A stretch of DNA of 64,000 nt from Candidatus Dojkabacteria bacterium (GCA_030583845.1 CP129478.1:407175-471174), one strand, 5' to 3'. Shown: positions 50,719 through 59,463, numbered from the stretch's first letter. Made by a program: numbers and translations. The notes: a model not told the origin generated them from the sequence alone.

Positions 50719-50967
50719 CTACTTAACTCTTTTCATCGCGGCATACCAGACATTCCCATGTTGCTTCAGTTTCTTCTCGCGGTCGTACGCGGCAAGCATT
50801 ATCATGTAACCCTCCACATATACAAGCTCCCACCTATGTTTCTTGGTGTAGCCTCTGTTTAATAATGAATTGTGCTGATTGAGGCGTAGTAGAAGATTAG
50901 ATGTTACACCAATGTAAAATGGATACCGCCTTGGTTTAATTGATTTGAGCACATATACGAAGTACAC
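50719..50967 (-). CDS. GIY-YIG domain nuclease-family small protein (UPF0213/YhbQ-like)
   Basis: 82 aa. YFVYVLKS...YIGVTSNLLLRLNQHN...GYTKKHRWELVYVE is GIY-YIG. Confidence 0.7.
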   Translation of the reverse strand: MYFVYVLKSIKPRRYPFYIGVTSNLLLRLNQHNSLLNRGYTKKHRWELVYVEGYMIMLAAYDREKKLKQHGNVWYAAMKRVK

Positions 50968-51052
50968 ATTTAATTATGGAGGAGAGGTGTTAAATTCGAT
51001 TAAAATTTCACCTATCCACTGGCTATAAGTTAGCGGCATGATATACTAAGTT

Positions 51053-52321
51053 ATGTTCAAGCTGCCTTTCCTTGGCCAGAAAGATGAGAAAATCCAGATA
51101 ACGCCTGATACACATCTTGTTGCGATTGATATCGGGACAGAAGCGCTTAAAACGATACTTTTCACGATCGATCAGTTCGGCGTCCACGTTAAAAAAGTGG
51201 CGCGCATCAACCAGCAGCAAAACGCAGTCAGCAAAGGTGTAATCCAAAACCTAAACACGGTAATGGAGAATTGCAACCTTGCCATAAACCAACTCACTAA
51301 CGAGTTACCCGAAGAACAATTGCCAAAGCACTCAGTAATGGGCATCGCAGGCGAGTATGTTCAAGGCGTTTCAATCATTGTGAACTATGAACGGGAAGAA
51401 AAGTATGACTTCGAAGTTACGGAGAAAGAAGAGGCACGCATAATTAGCAAAGTACACCAGCAAATATCCGAAGAGGGCAAAGAAGATCTGGCACGCCGCA
51501 CAGGCCTAATGCGTGAAGATATTGAGATTCTACATATAACCGTGACCGGCATGGAAATCGGTGGGATGAATGTAGAATCACTCCAGGGATTCCGTGGGAA
51601 AAGTGTCAGGCTTTACTTCTATGCCTCTTTCGCACCAAAGACATATATCGAAGCGTTGAAATCGGTGGCTAATGGGTTAAACATGTCACTAATGGGGATC
51701 GTTGCACAGCCGTTTGCTGTTGCGCGCGCCTATGCAGGCGCGCGCAACAAAGACTTCTCAGCAATCTTTGTCGATATCGGCGGTGGCACAACCGATGTCG
51801 CAGTCGTTAAAAATGGAAATGTCCTAGACACCCAAATGTTTGGATTTGGTGGGCGTGTATTTACTAAAGAGCTTGCCGCAGCCATGAACCTCGATTATAG
51901 GCATGCAGAGATGCGCAAGATTAAATATTCAAATAATGAGCTAGACGACAAGATTAAAAACGAGGTTAAAAAGCATATGAGAGAGACAACCTCAGTGTGG
52001 ATCAAAGGATTGAAGGCTGCAATCGAGAGCATCGAGGATGTAGAGGTGATGCCGACCCAGATCTATCTCTGTGGTGGTGGCGCACTTTTACCAGATATTA
52101 AGAATAGTATGCTAGAGTATCCGTGGACTCAGCTGCTACCCTTCCCGACAGTACCGAAGATCAATATCTTCCTCCCTGAGAGACTTTATGAGATTACAGA
52201 TGAGTCTGGCGAGCTGAAAAATGCATTTGATGTTACACCAGCCGCACTTGCTCGTTTTGCATATGATAAGATAACAAAGCCCGAAAACTACTACTTCAGC
52301 ACAATTAATGATTCCAAGTGA
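51053..52321 (+). CDS. actin-like ATPase of the FtsA/PilM family (FtsA-like, with 1C/SHS2 insert)
   Basis: 422 aa. LVAIDIGTEALKT (phosphate 1), VDIGGGTTDVAVV (phosphate 2), IYLCGGGALLPDI (adenosine motif). Confidence 0.6.
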   Translation: MFKLPFLGQKDEKIQITPDTHLVAIDIGTEALKTILFTIDQFGVHVKKVARINQQQNAVSKGVIQNLNTVMENCNLAINQLTNELPEEQLPKHSVMGIAGEYVQGVSIIVNYEREEKYDFEVTEKEEARIISKVHQQISEEGKEDLARRTGLMREDIEILHITVTGMEIGGMNVESLQGFRGKSVRLYFYASFAPKTYIEALKSVANGLNMSLMGIVAQPFAVARAYAGARNKDFSAIFVDIGGGTTDVAVVKNGNVLDTQMFGFGGRVFTKELAAAMNLDYRHAEMRKIKYSNNELDDKIKNEVKKHMRETTSVWIKGLKAAIESIEDVEVMPTQIYLCGGGALLPDIKNSMLEYPWTQLLPFPTVPKINIFLPERLYEITDESGELKNAFDVTPAALARFAYDKITKPENYYFSTINDSK

Positions 52322-52441
52322 GTGCATTAATTGCGACAGCCTGCCCACGATTGCCAACGGTTAAAGAATTTACTATGCTCAATTAAGAATTTAACGCTAC
52401 TTTGGTATTAATTCGCCAAGTCGCAAGAATAATAGAGGATC

Positions 52442-54580
52442 ATGAACCTGAATTCGAATGTTAAAAAAATTGTAATAAAGCCCGATCACGAGCTTACGGA
52501 TGTGATTCGCCAAGTCAAGAATGCGAAGGAGGATCGCATTGTCCTCACATTCACAGAGAAATCTGACATGCTTGTTAGCCCTATCAATATGAAGGTGCTT
52601 CTCGAAGAGGCCGATGCAAATAGCAAGCTACTTGTAACCCAGATCATCCAAAACCCGGCCGGTATCCGCAACTCGAAAGCGGCGGGAATTATCACAACCG
52701 ACAGCTCTGGTGCAGTTGACGAGGATATGTGGAGTAAAGCAGAAGAGACCTTCTCAAATCGTGTCGCAGCATTTCAGAGTCAGCTTAAGTCAAACCGTAC
52801 AACCCATCAGGACACAGATACACATGCTGATCCTGAAGCAGATATTATTGTAGACCTCACCGACACAGTCAAAAATCCTGTCACCGAGATTGAATTTGAA
52901 GATCAGAACCCTGAGCTGACCCATGTTGAGGAGCTAACCACTGAATCGTCTCCAGATGAGATGAGCGATCTACAGGTAGATGATATGAGCCATAAAGCTG
53001 AAGAGGTTGCAGGTGAGGAGAATACACCGGACATGCAAAGCCAGACAAATCAGCCCGAGACAGCATTTAGCAAGCGAGTAAACAGCGCGATTAAACGCTC
53101 ACAGGAAGAGCTAATCCGCAAGAGCAGCAGCAAGAAGGTTGTAAGCGAAAGCGGAGTTGCGATCGCACTCGACAGCGACATTGACGATCAATCAGCTGGT
53201 AGTGCAAATTCTATGGTCGGTAAAGATTTCAATGCAATGACGCCGGGTGGGATGGCAAAGGCACCATCAAAGATCCCTGCAATGTCTGGCGCACAGATGT
53301 TTAAAGCACCTGGTGGCAAAGCTACATCTGGAGCCAAGTTCAATTTCGCAAATTTGAAGCTACCAAAGATAAATATGGCCGCCCTAAAGAAGAAAGGTCC
53401 TATTGTTGCGATCCCCATTGCTTTAGTTGCCCTATTCATCGTCTACATCGTGTATGCAAACGCTCCTTTTGCTTCTGCCAAGATCTATATTGAGAGTCGT
53501 CCAGTCGAGGTCGAGGAATCATTCACCGGTAAGCCAGATGTCACAGAATTTAATGTCGAAGATAGAATGGTCCAGATCAAGCAGGAAGTGGTAGAAAAGG
53601 GTCGCTCCGACTCTCGTGAGACCACCCAGACAGCACGTCGTGGTGAGAAGGCCGATGGTATAGCAAATGTGAGATGCTATCTAAATGGATCTCTAGAGCT
53701 AGCCGAGGGTACAGTGATAACTGCGCCAAACGGTCTCCAGTTCCAGACCTTAGCCACAGTGACTATGATCTGCCCATGGCAGGAAACTGTCGCAGTCGAA
53801 GCACTGGCTGTTGGAAGCGAATACAACATGCAATCGGGTACACTGTTCTCGGTACCAAACTACAATGTAAACCAGGTGGTTATGCAAAATGATCTTTCGG
53901 CATTTACAGGTGGCTCAAGCGAGGAGTACCAGGTGGTTGGACAGGTCGACATCGACAACGCCAGCAAAGATCTACAGGAATCAGCCTTCGAAGAGGCTAA
54001 TAGTGAGCTTCAAGAGATGGCAAAAGATGGCTGGAAAATTATTGATTCAACGATCAAGAACGAGGTTGTTGGTGGTGTGAAAAGCGATTACCCTGTCGGT
54101 GCAGAGGCGGAAATAGTTAATGTGTCTTTGGAGACTAAATCAACCGCGCTTTATTATAAGGAGGATGAGATAAAAGATGTGGGTGAAGAGCTTCTACTCG
54201 AGGCTGCTCGTGAGCAGAATCTGTTCGATTCAGATGAAGATCTTGAGCTGAAGCTTGGTGATGATATTTTAACTGAGGTAAGTGTGGAAAAAGTCGAGGA
54301 CACGACAGTGACAATAAAAGTGAAATCTTCCGGCTCAGTTAAGCCCGACGTCGACAAGAATCAGATCATTGCTGACCTAAAGGGCATGGGCTGGGAAAAT
54401 GGTACAAAGTATCTTGAAGATCTTAACTTCACATCTAAGGACCCTCAATATGAGTTCTCCCCTACCTGGTTCCCAGGATTCTTGTGGAGATTCCCATCAA
54501 AGCAGGGCCGGATCAAGCTCGTAGTCGAAGAAGTTGAGAGACCTGCCGAGGAGAATACGAGTGAGGCGACTGAGGAGTAA
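52442..54580 (+). CDS. hypothetical bitopic membrane protein (cytoplasmic N-domain, acidic linker, TM, large extracytoplasmic C-terminal region)
   Basis: 712 aa. TM IVAIPIALVALFIVYIVYA at about residue 320. No catalytic motif recognised. Directly follows the FtsA-like gene. Confidence 0.5.
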   Translation: MNLNSNVKKIVIKPDHELTDVIRQVKNAKEDRIVLTFTEKSDMLVSPINMKVLLEEADANSKLLVTQIIQNPAGIRNSKAAGIITTDSSGAVDEDMWSKAEETFSNRVAAFQSQLKSNRTTHQDTDTHADPEADIIVDLTDTVKNPVTEIEFEDQNPELTHVEELTTESSPDEMSDLQVDDMSHKAEEVAGEENTPDMQSQTNQPETAFSKRVNSAIKRSQEELIRKSSSKKVVSESGVAIALDSDIDDQSAGSANSMVGKDFNAMTPGGMAKAPSKIPAMSGAQMFKAPGGKATSGAKFNFANLKLPKINMAALKKKGPIVAIPIALVALFIVYIVYANAPFASAKIYIESRPVEVEESFTGKPDVTEFNVEDRMVQIKQEVVEKGRSDSRETTQTARRGEKADGIANVRCYLNGSLELAEGTVITAPNGLQFQTLATVTMICPWQETVAVEALAVGSEYNMQSGTLFSVPNYNVNQVVMQNDLSAFTGGSSEEYQVVGQVDIDNASKDLQESAFEEANSELQEMAKDGWKIIDSTIKNEVVGGVKSDYPVGAEAEIVNVSLETKSTALYYKEDEIKDVGEELLLEAAREQNLFDSDEDLELKLGDDILTEVSVEKVEDTTVTIKVKSSGSVKPDVDKNQIIADLKGMGWENGTKYLEDLNFTSKDPQYEFSPTWFPGFLWRFPSKQGRIKLVVEEVERPAEENTSEATEE

Positions 54581-54588
54581 ACCGACAC

Positions 54589-54732
54589 ATGGTTAAATTG
54601 TGGAAGGCGATTAGGCGAGTCTCTCCAATTCTTAAGGAGTACATGAACGGTGAAATTAGTGACAAAGCGCTTATTGAGAGGCTGGATCTATTTTTTGTGA
54701 AATTTAGTGAGAAGAGCGAACTGGAGATGTAG
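54589..54732 (+). CDS. possible small ORF (47 aa), weak support
   Basis: ATG at 54589. GAGGAG lies 11 nt upstream, which is a long spacer. MVKLWKAIRRVSPILKEYMNGEISDKALIERLDLFFVKFSEKSELEM. Confidence 0.2.
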   Translation: MVKLWKAIRRVSPILKEYMNGEISDKALIERLDLFFVKFSEKSELEM

Positions 54733-54752
54733 GTTGGCACTTAGGTTCACAC

Positions 54753-54766
54753 GGAGAGAAATGGAT
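54753..54766 (-). repeat. att-like direct repeat: copy of the tRNA-Ser 3' end (GGAGAGAAATGGAT on plus; 13/14 match)
   Basis: Reverse complement ATCCATTTCTCTCC matches the tRNA-Ser(GGA) T-arm 3' strand plus acceptor 3' strand. Followed by GGACGCTCGGTCG, which is shared with the copy at 55829. Confidence 0.5.
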
Positions 54767-54830
54767 GGACGCTCGGTCGATGCCCAACTATCGATTACTC
54801 TTAACAAATCTAGTGTGTAAAAAGGTTGGT

Positions 54831-55109
54831 CTAATCCTCTGACCGAACATTGGACACCTTCAGATCCTCTGATTTGTAAAAAAAATACCCACAGTGCTCT
54901 GTAAATATCCCTATTTCCCCTAAGAGCTCATTCTTAATATAAAAGGCATATCTCAATTTCATAGTTGAGTCATCTGGGAATAAAACCTCAACAGTACTAT
55001 TAGCGTCAAAATCAGTCGCTTCTAAGGTTTTACGTGCCTGGCCCGTTCGCTCATATGTATATTTTTCAATTTGTTCAACCCAGTTATCTGGGACAATATT
55101 GCTTACCAT
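54831..55109 (-). CDS. hypothetical protein (cassette ORF between att-like repeats)
   Basis: 92 aa, no motif recognised. Sits between repeat copies at 54753 and 55146. Confidence 0.4.
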   Translation of the reverse strand: MVSNIVPDNWVEQIEKYTYERTGQARKTLEATDFDANSTVEVLFPDDSTMKLRYAFYIKNELLGEIGIFTEHCGYFFYKSEDLKVSNVRSED

Positions 55110-55145
55110 TTTTGTATTATATACTGCTTATACACTTTATCCTAC

Positions 55146-55159
55146 GGAGAGAAAGGGAT
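55146..55159 (-). repeat. att-like direct repeat: exact 14-nt copy of the tRNA-Ser 3' end (GGAGAGAAAGGGAT on plus)
   Basis: Exact match to tRNA-Ser positions 55973-55986. Followed by a conserved block of about 105 nt (55160-55265) homologous to 55829-55937. Confidence 0.55.
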
Positions 55160-55379
55160 GTTTATGCGTGTCACTTCGACCCTCTCAATAAATCAGGGAG
55201 TTGAGCTGCTCCCTGATATACGTACCCCCGCTCGCTTCGCGAAGCAGAGGTTCTCACAATAATCTTCTTCATTGATCTCCAACCATCCAGAGGCTTTCGG
55301 AGATTAAATGCAAAACTACTCTTATAGTTAGTGCAAAAGATACAACAGTTCGTATAGCTCAAAGTAAGATTTTGATGCG

Positions 55380-55781
55380 TTACCCGAAATAACCCTTTTC
55401 ATATACCTTTTGAAAAAATTCCTCCATATTTTTACCTAGTTCAATAATTGCGTCGTATTCGAACATAAATGGAATAAGAATAACTTTCGATTGATTTTCT
55501 CTTAGATCGAAGGCTATAGCTTCACCTCCACCATTTGATCCTATTAAAAAGATTCCAGGAGTAAACTTTTCTACCTCATAATTGGCATTCATTTGCTTTA
55601 GATCTTCGACTTTGTACAGTATTAAATATTCCTCACCAATAAATCCTTCCCCACCATTATGTAGCTGTAGAAATGATAAATAATCAGAGGGTGTATTATC
55701 CGGCAAGTTTAGATCTAATAGGAGTTTTTTATCGACTCCTGGGTTGCCATTAAATTTTTTAAGATATTTCTCGTTGATCAT
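55380..55781 (-). CDS. SMI1/KNR4 (SUKH-1) family protein, putative polymorphic-toxin immunity protein
   Basis: 133 aa. LPDNTPSDYLSFLQLHNGGEGFIGEEYLILYKVEDL...FLIGSNGGGEAIAFDL is the SUKH/SMI1 hallmark. No toxin gene is adjacent. Confidence 0.6.
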   Translation of the reverse strand: MINEKYLKKFNGNPGVDKKLLLDLNLPDNTPSDYLSFLQLHNGGEGFIGEEYLILYKVEDLKQMNANYEVEKFTPGIFLIGSNGGGEAIAFDLRENQSKVILIPFMFEYDAIIELGKNMEEFFQKVYEKGYFG

Positions 55782-55814
55782 GTTTATAAATATTCATAAA
55801 TAATTTTTGAACTC

Positions 55815-55828
55815 GGAGAGAAAGGGAT
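55815..55828 (-). repeat. att-like direct repeat: exact 14-nt copy of the tRNA-Ser 3' end
   Basis: GGAGAGAAAGGGAT. The adjacent 55829-55937 block contains hairpins (CAGGGAG...CTCCCTG; CTTCGCGAAG palindrome) shared with 55160-55265. Confidence 0.55.
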
Positions 55829-55937
55829 GGACGCTCGGTCGCTTTGCTCCCTCTCTAGATATCAGGGAGTTAAACTGCTCCCTGATATACGTACCCCTGC
55901 TCGCTTCGCGAAGCAGAGGTTCTCACAATAATCTTCT

Positions 55938-55974
55938 CCGTTGACCTGCAACCCGATGGGTTACAGGTCAACGG
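55938..55974 (-). promoter_or_regulatory. 17-bp hairpin (CCGTTGACCTGCAACCC-GAT-GGGTTACAGGTCAACGG) abutting and overlapping the 3' end of tRNA-Ser
   Basis: Read directly. One G-U wobble. Could be a tRNA 3' processing or terminator structure, or an integrase arm site. Confidence 0.4.
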
Positions 55975-56059
55975 AGAGAAAGGGATTCGAACCCTTGGCA
56001 CAGTTTCCTGCGCGCACGCACTCCAAGCGTGTCCTTTCGACCACTCAGGCATCTCTCCT
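55972..56059 (-). tRNA. tRNA-Ser (anticodon GGA), type II with long variable arm, no encoded CCA
   Basis: Minus strand: GGAGAGA-UG-CCUG AGUGGUCGAAA GG-A-CACGC UUGGAGU GCGUG-CGCGCAGGAAACUGUGCC-AAGGG UUCGAAU CCCUU-UCUCUCC-G. All stems pair, G discriminator. Confidence 0.85.
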
Positions 56060-56192
56060 CTGCTTTCTTTTGGCTAATATGAGCCTCAGAAAGAGCATCA
56101 AGAGTATATCAAAAGTACTGTTTGGCTTAAAGAAGCTTGGATCATGATAATTGCAACTATTTGAAGAGATGCTTCTCAACCTTATCGAGGCT
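56060..56192. repeat. 133-bp segment upstream of tRNA-Ser, duplicated at 56828-56960 (about 93% identity)
   Basis: Aligned by eye, about 10 mismatches. Both copies lie directly 5' (in tRNA orientation) of a tRNA-Ser copy. Confidence 0.7.
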
Positions 56193-56297
56193 GCACAATA
56201 GTGCCATTGAATCATTAGAGAGCTTCGCAAGTTCCGATTGTATCAATAGAAAAAAGCCCAAGAAGATCTTGGGCCTAAGATCTATACCGTTTAGATA

Positions 56298-56594
56298 CTA
56301 CATCTTCGCAAGAATTTCTTGCTTCTTCTGTGTAAATTCTTCCTCTGTGAGGATTCCTTTATCTCTAAGATCTGCTAATTTCTGAAGCTCTGCTGCATAA
56401 TCAACTGCAGGAGCATCTGCCACTGGAGCGTCTGCTGCTGGCATTGGTGCTTGCTGCATCTGCGGATCTTGTGGTGCAGCCTGTGCCTGCTGCTGCGCCT
56501 GGTTACTTCCCTCGATATTCTTGCGGATTGCTCGGTTTGTTCGTGCACTGCTAACCGCCTGTGCAGTAACTGCTGCTCTTAATAATCTACCCAT
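56298..56594 (-). CDS. SHOCT-domain protein (Gln/Ala/Pro-rich linker, C-terminal SHOCT)
   Basis: 98 aa. C-terminal LQKLADLRDKGILTEEEFTQKKQEILAK matches the SHOCT motif. Confidence 0.45.
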   Translation of the reverse strand: MGRLLRAAVTAQAVSSARTNRAIRKNIEGSNQAQQQAQAAPQDPQMQQAPMPAADAPVADAPAVDYAAELQKLADLRDKGILTEEEFTQKKQEILAKM

Positions 56595-56665
56595 TATTGT
56601 GTGGTGTTAATTTATTATTACTGGATTATATCACGGCGGAGATGAAGGATTGGTTTTGGGGATTT

Positions 56666-56827
56666 GGAGAGAAAGGGATATCTACGTGTGCCACTTCGTG
56701 GCAACTTCGCTGTCCGTCATGCTTCCCACTCACTTCGCTCGCGGAGCATGTCCGCTCGAACCCTTGGCACAGTTTCCTGCGCGCACGCACTCCAAGCGTG
56801 TCCTTTCGACCACTCAGGCATCTCTCC
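56666..56827 (-). tRNA. second tRNA-Ser(GGA) copy interrupted by a 75-nt insertion inside the T-loop (between UUCGA and AUCCC); pseudo-tRNA or intron-containing
   Basis: 5' part 56827..56755 is identical to copy 1 through GGGUUCGA. Then the 75-nt insert (plus 56680-56754). Then AUCCCUUUCUCUCC (plus 56666-56679). Confidence 0.6.
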
Positions 56828-56960
56828 TTTGCTTTCTTTTAGCTCATTTGAGCCTTAGAAAGAGCATCAAGAGTATATCAAAAGTACTGTTTGGCTTAAA
56901 GAAGCTTGGATCGTGGTAATTGCGACTATTTGAAGAGATGCTTCTCAACCTTATCGAGGC
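56828..56960. repeat. second copy of the 133-bp tRNA-upstream segment
   Basis: See 56060-56192. Overlaps the last 11 codons of the ORF 56926..57213. Confidence 0.7.
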
Positions 56961-57213
56961 GAGCACTATTCCCATCAACCTGGGCTTGGGTTAGTGGCAG
57001 CTCTGCCATTACGTAACTGTGGATCTGCATTACAAGATCCTGTAGGCTTCCGAAGTTGACCTTGAAGTCTGCAAATGCAGTCTCAAGTTTATCAAATCTC
57101 TCTTCTAGTTCATCAAAACGAGCGTCAATACTTGCAAACTTTAAGTCCTGCGTTGTAAACCTTTTCTCCATCAAAGCATCAATTAATTGTAGGTCTTTCT
57201 TTGTAAGAGCCAT
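56926..57213 (-). CDS. hypothetical coiled-coil protein
   Basis: 95 aa. The C-terminal 11 codons lie inside the duplicated segment. Confidence 0.4.
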   Translation of the reverse strand: MALTKKDLQLIDALMEKRFTTQDLKFASIDARFDELEERFDKLETAFADFKVNFGSLQDLVMQIHSYVMAELPLTQAQVDGNSARLDKVEKHLFK

Positions 57214-57420
57214 ATCGCAATCAATATAAACTTAGTTGATTATATTCGATTATAAAAAGTAGATGTTAAAAATTTGTGAAATCTGGGAAATTTGTACTCC
57301 ATGTTAAAACATTCTCTCTCTACTCAAAACTACCCCCTTCATCCTCCCTACCAAGCGACTTTTGTGCGATAATATTAATGAAATCTTAATGAACTTAAAA
57401 TTTAGCTTTGCAGGAATTTA

Positions 57421-59463
57421 ATGAAAGGAATTCTTCTCAAGGAGTACAAACCCGCCCGAATGCTGTATAAGCTGTTTTTCGAGTTGATAGCAATCCCTAT
57501 TGTTGCGCTGTTTCTTCCCGGTGTGTCAATTGATAGCTATCTGCAGCTAGCCATTCTTATCACATTAACTTCTGCTGTCTTTGCACTGATTTGGCCAATC
57601 ATTGCGAAGTATCTTTTAACAATCCTTCTCTACTCCGCTGGCATCTTAAACCTCCTACTTAATACATTAATCATCTGGCTACTCGCCCAGTTATTCCCTG
57701 GCGTTCAAATTGAGACACTATGGAGTGCCTTTATGGTGAGTATCTTAATAATGGGTTTTCGTATGTTGGCCGACGCTATTTTAAATATAGATGAAGAGGG
57801 CTCGTTTTACCGTCTATACACCAAGCGTGTCGCCTATAAGAATAGCCCTATAAAAGAACAGCTTGAGTCGTCAAAAGAATTAGATGATGGGACAATTTTT
57901 ATAGAGATCGACGGATTGTCCGCCGATGTCCTTAAATTTGCTGTCAGAAATGGCTATATGCCAACTTTACAACAGCTGATGATGGAACAGGGCTATAAGA
58001 TTCGTGAATGGGTCTGCGAGTACGGTGCATCCACACCGGTATGCCAGGCAGGAATACTCCAAGGAAAGAATAAAAATCTACCAGCATTCAGGTGGTTCGA
58101 CCGATCCGAGCAGAAAGTGAAGACAGGAAACAATCCTCAGCACTCTGCAGAGGTATTAAAAGAGATATCGAATGGTAAAGGGCTGTTAGCTGATCATGGA
58201 ATTAGCATCGGTAATATTTTTACAGGTGACGCAGAAGAGAGTGTTGCAACATTTAGTACGCTTCTAAATAAGAAAGATCGAGGTCTAAATTATTTTTACT
58301 ACTATTTCCTAAATCCTGATAACTACTTAAGGTCGTTTGTACTTTTCTGGATTGATGTTCTCTCGGAGATTAAAGATCAGCTATATCTTCAGGCTTATAA
58401 CATTCAACCTCGAATCAGAAAACAGTGGACTATGCCATTCATACGAGGTTTTCTCTCTATCTTTATGAGGGATATGCTTACCAGCGTGCTTATTGGGAAG
58501 ATGTATGAAGGGATTAAAAATGTATATATCGTTTATGCTGGGTACGATTTTATTGCCCATGAAAACGGGTTGGAGAGAGGTGAGGCGATTAAGGCCTTGA
58601 CGCAGACCGATAGAAAGATCAGCAATATAATGAAAGCGGCACAAACGACCCCTAGAAAATATCGGTTTGTGTTTCTGTCGGATCATGGGCAAAGCCAGGG
58701 AGCAAGCTTTAAGCAGCGCTACGGCTACTCTATTGATAAGTATATTTCTGAGATTGTTGGTCATTCGGCAGGAATCGAGGCATTGGAGCTTTCAGAGCCT
58801 GAAGCTGTTGATCAGCTAAGCCTCATATTGACTGAACAGTCCTATGAAAGCGGTAAGATTCACAAGGCAATTGGGAAGCTTTTCAGGCAAAAAACAAGGC
58901 CACTACCATCAAATAAGAAAGTGAAAAAGGTGTTGAGTGATGGGTCAAGTAGCCGTGCTGACATAAATAAGATCGTATGCCTCTTCTCGGGCAACCAAGC
59001 CGAGCTCTACTTTAAAGGCAATAAAAAGCGAGTAACAGTAGAGGAGATTAATGAAAAATATCCTAAGCTTATAAACTTGCTGAGCAGCCACCCAGGCGTC
59101 GGTTTTATATCGGTAGTCAGCGAGAAAGATGGCCCGCTAGTGATTGGCAAAAAAGGTACAAGATACCTAGATTCCGACAAGCTTAAAGGCCAAGATCCAC
59201 TCCTAAACTTTGATAAATATGCTGTTGACCAGCTTAAGCAGGTAAATACTTACGATACAGCTGCGGACATTATTATTAACAGCACACTTTACAGAAACAC
59301 CGATGAAGTAGCAGCGTTTGAAGAGTTTATTAGCAGCCATGGTGGCATAGGTGGTGGTCAGACAAAGCCGTTCATCATGTTTCCAAAGCAGTTTGAGTAC
59401 CCAGCCCAGCCAGTTTACAGGTCAACTGAGCTTCACAAAGTTATGAAATCCTGGCTCGCTTAA
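57421..59463 (+). CDS. membrane-anchored alkaline-phosphatase-superfamily protein (type I phosphodiesterase / nucleotide pyrophosphatase-like)
   Basis: 680 aa. N-terminal polytopic segment (about 4 TM). IFIEIDGLSADVL...GASTPVCQAGILQG and VFLSDHGQSQG resemble AlkP-core metal-ligand motifs (DGL..., SDHG). Confidence 0.55.
   Translation: MKGILLKEYKPARMLYKLFFELIAIPIVALFLPGVSIDSYLQLAILITLTSAVFALIWPIIAKYLLTILLYSAGILNLLLNTLIIWLLAQLFPGVQIETLWSAFMVSILIMGFRMLADAILNIDEEGSFYRLYTKRVAYKNSPIKEQLESSKELDDGTIFIEIDGLSADVLKFAVRNGYMPTLQQLMMEQGYKIREWVCEYGASTPVCQAGILQGKNKNLPAFRWFDRSEQKVKTGNNPQHSAEVLKEISNGKGLLADHGISIGNIFTGDAEESVATFSTLLNKKDRGLNYFYYYFLNPDNYLRSFVLFWIDVLSEIKDQLYLQAYNIQPRIRKQWTMPFIRGFLSIFMRDMLTSVLIGKMYEGIKNVYIVYAGYDFIAHENGLERGEAIKALTQTDRKISNIMKAAQTTPRKYRFVFLSDHGQSQGASFKQRYGYSIDKYISEIVGHSAGIEALELSEPEAVDQLSLILTEQSYESGKIHKAIGKLFRQKTRPLPSNKKVKKVLSDGSSSRADINKIVCLFSGNQAELYFKGNKKRVTVEEINEKYPKLINLLSSHPGVGFISVVSEKDGPLVIGKKGTRYLDSDKLKGQDPLLNFDKYAVDQLKQVNTYDTAADIIINSTLYRNTDEVAAFEEFISSHGGIGGGQTKPFIMFPKQFEYPAQPVYRSTELHKVMKSWLA

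Noticed and set aside
56680-56754. Archaeal-type bulge-helix-bulge intron interpretation of the 75-nt tRNA insert
   Set aside because: I could not build a convincing BHB at the junctions, and bacteria are not known to encode the splicing endonuclease. I kept it only as an alternative mentioned in the finding.
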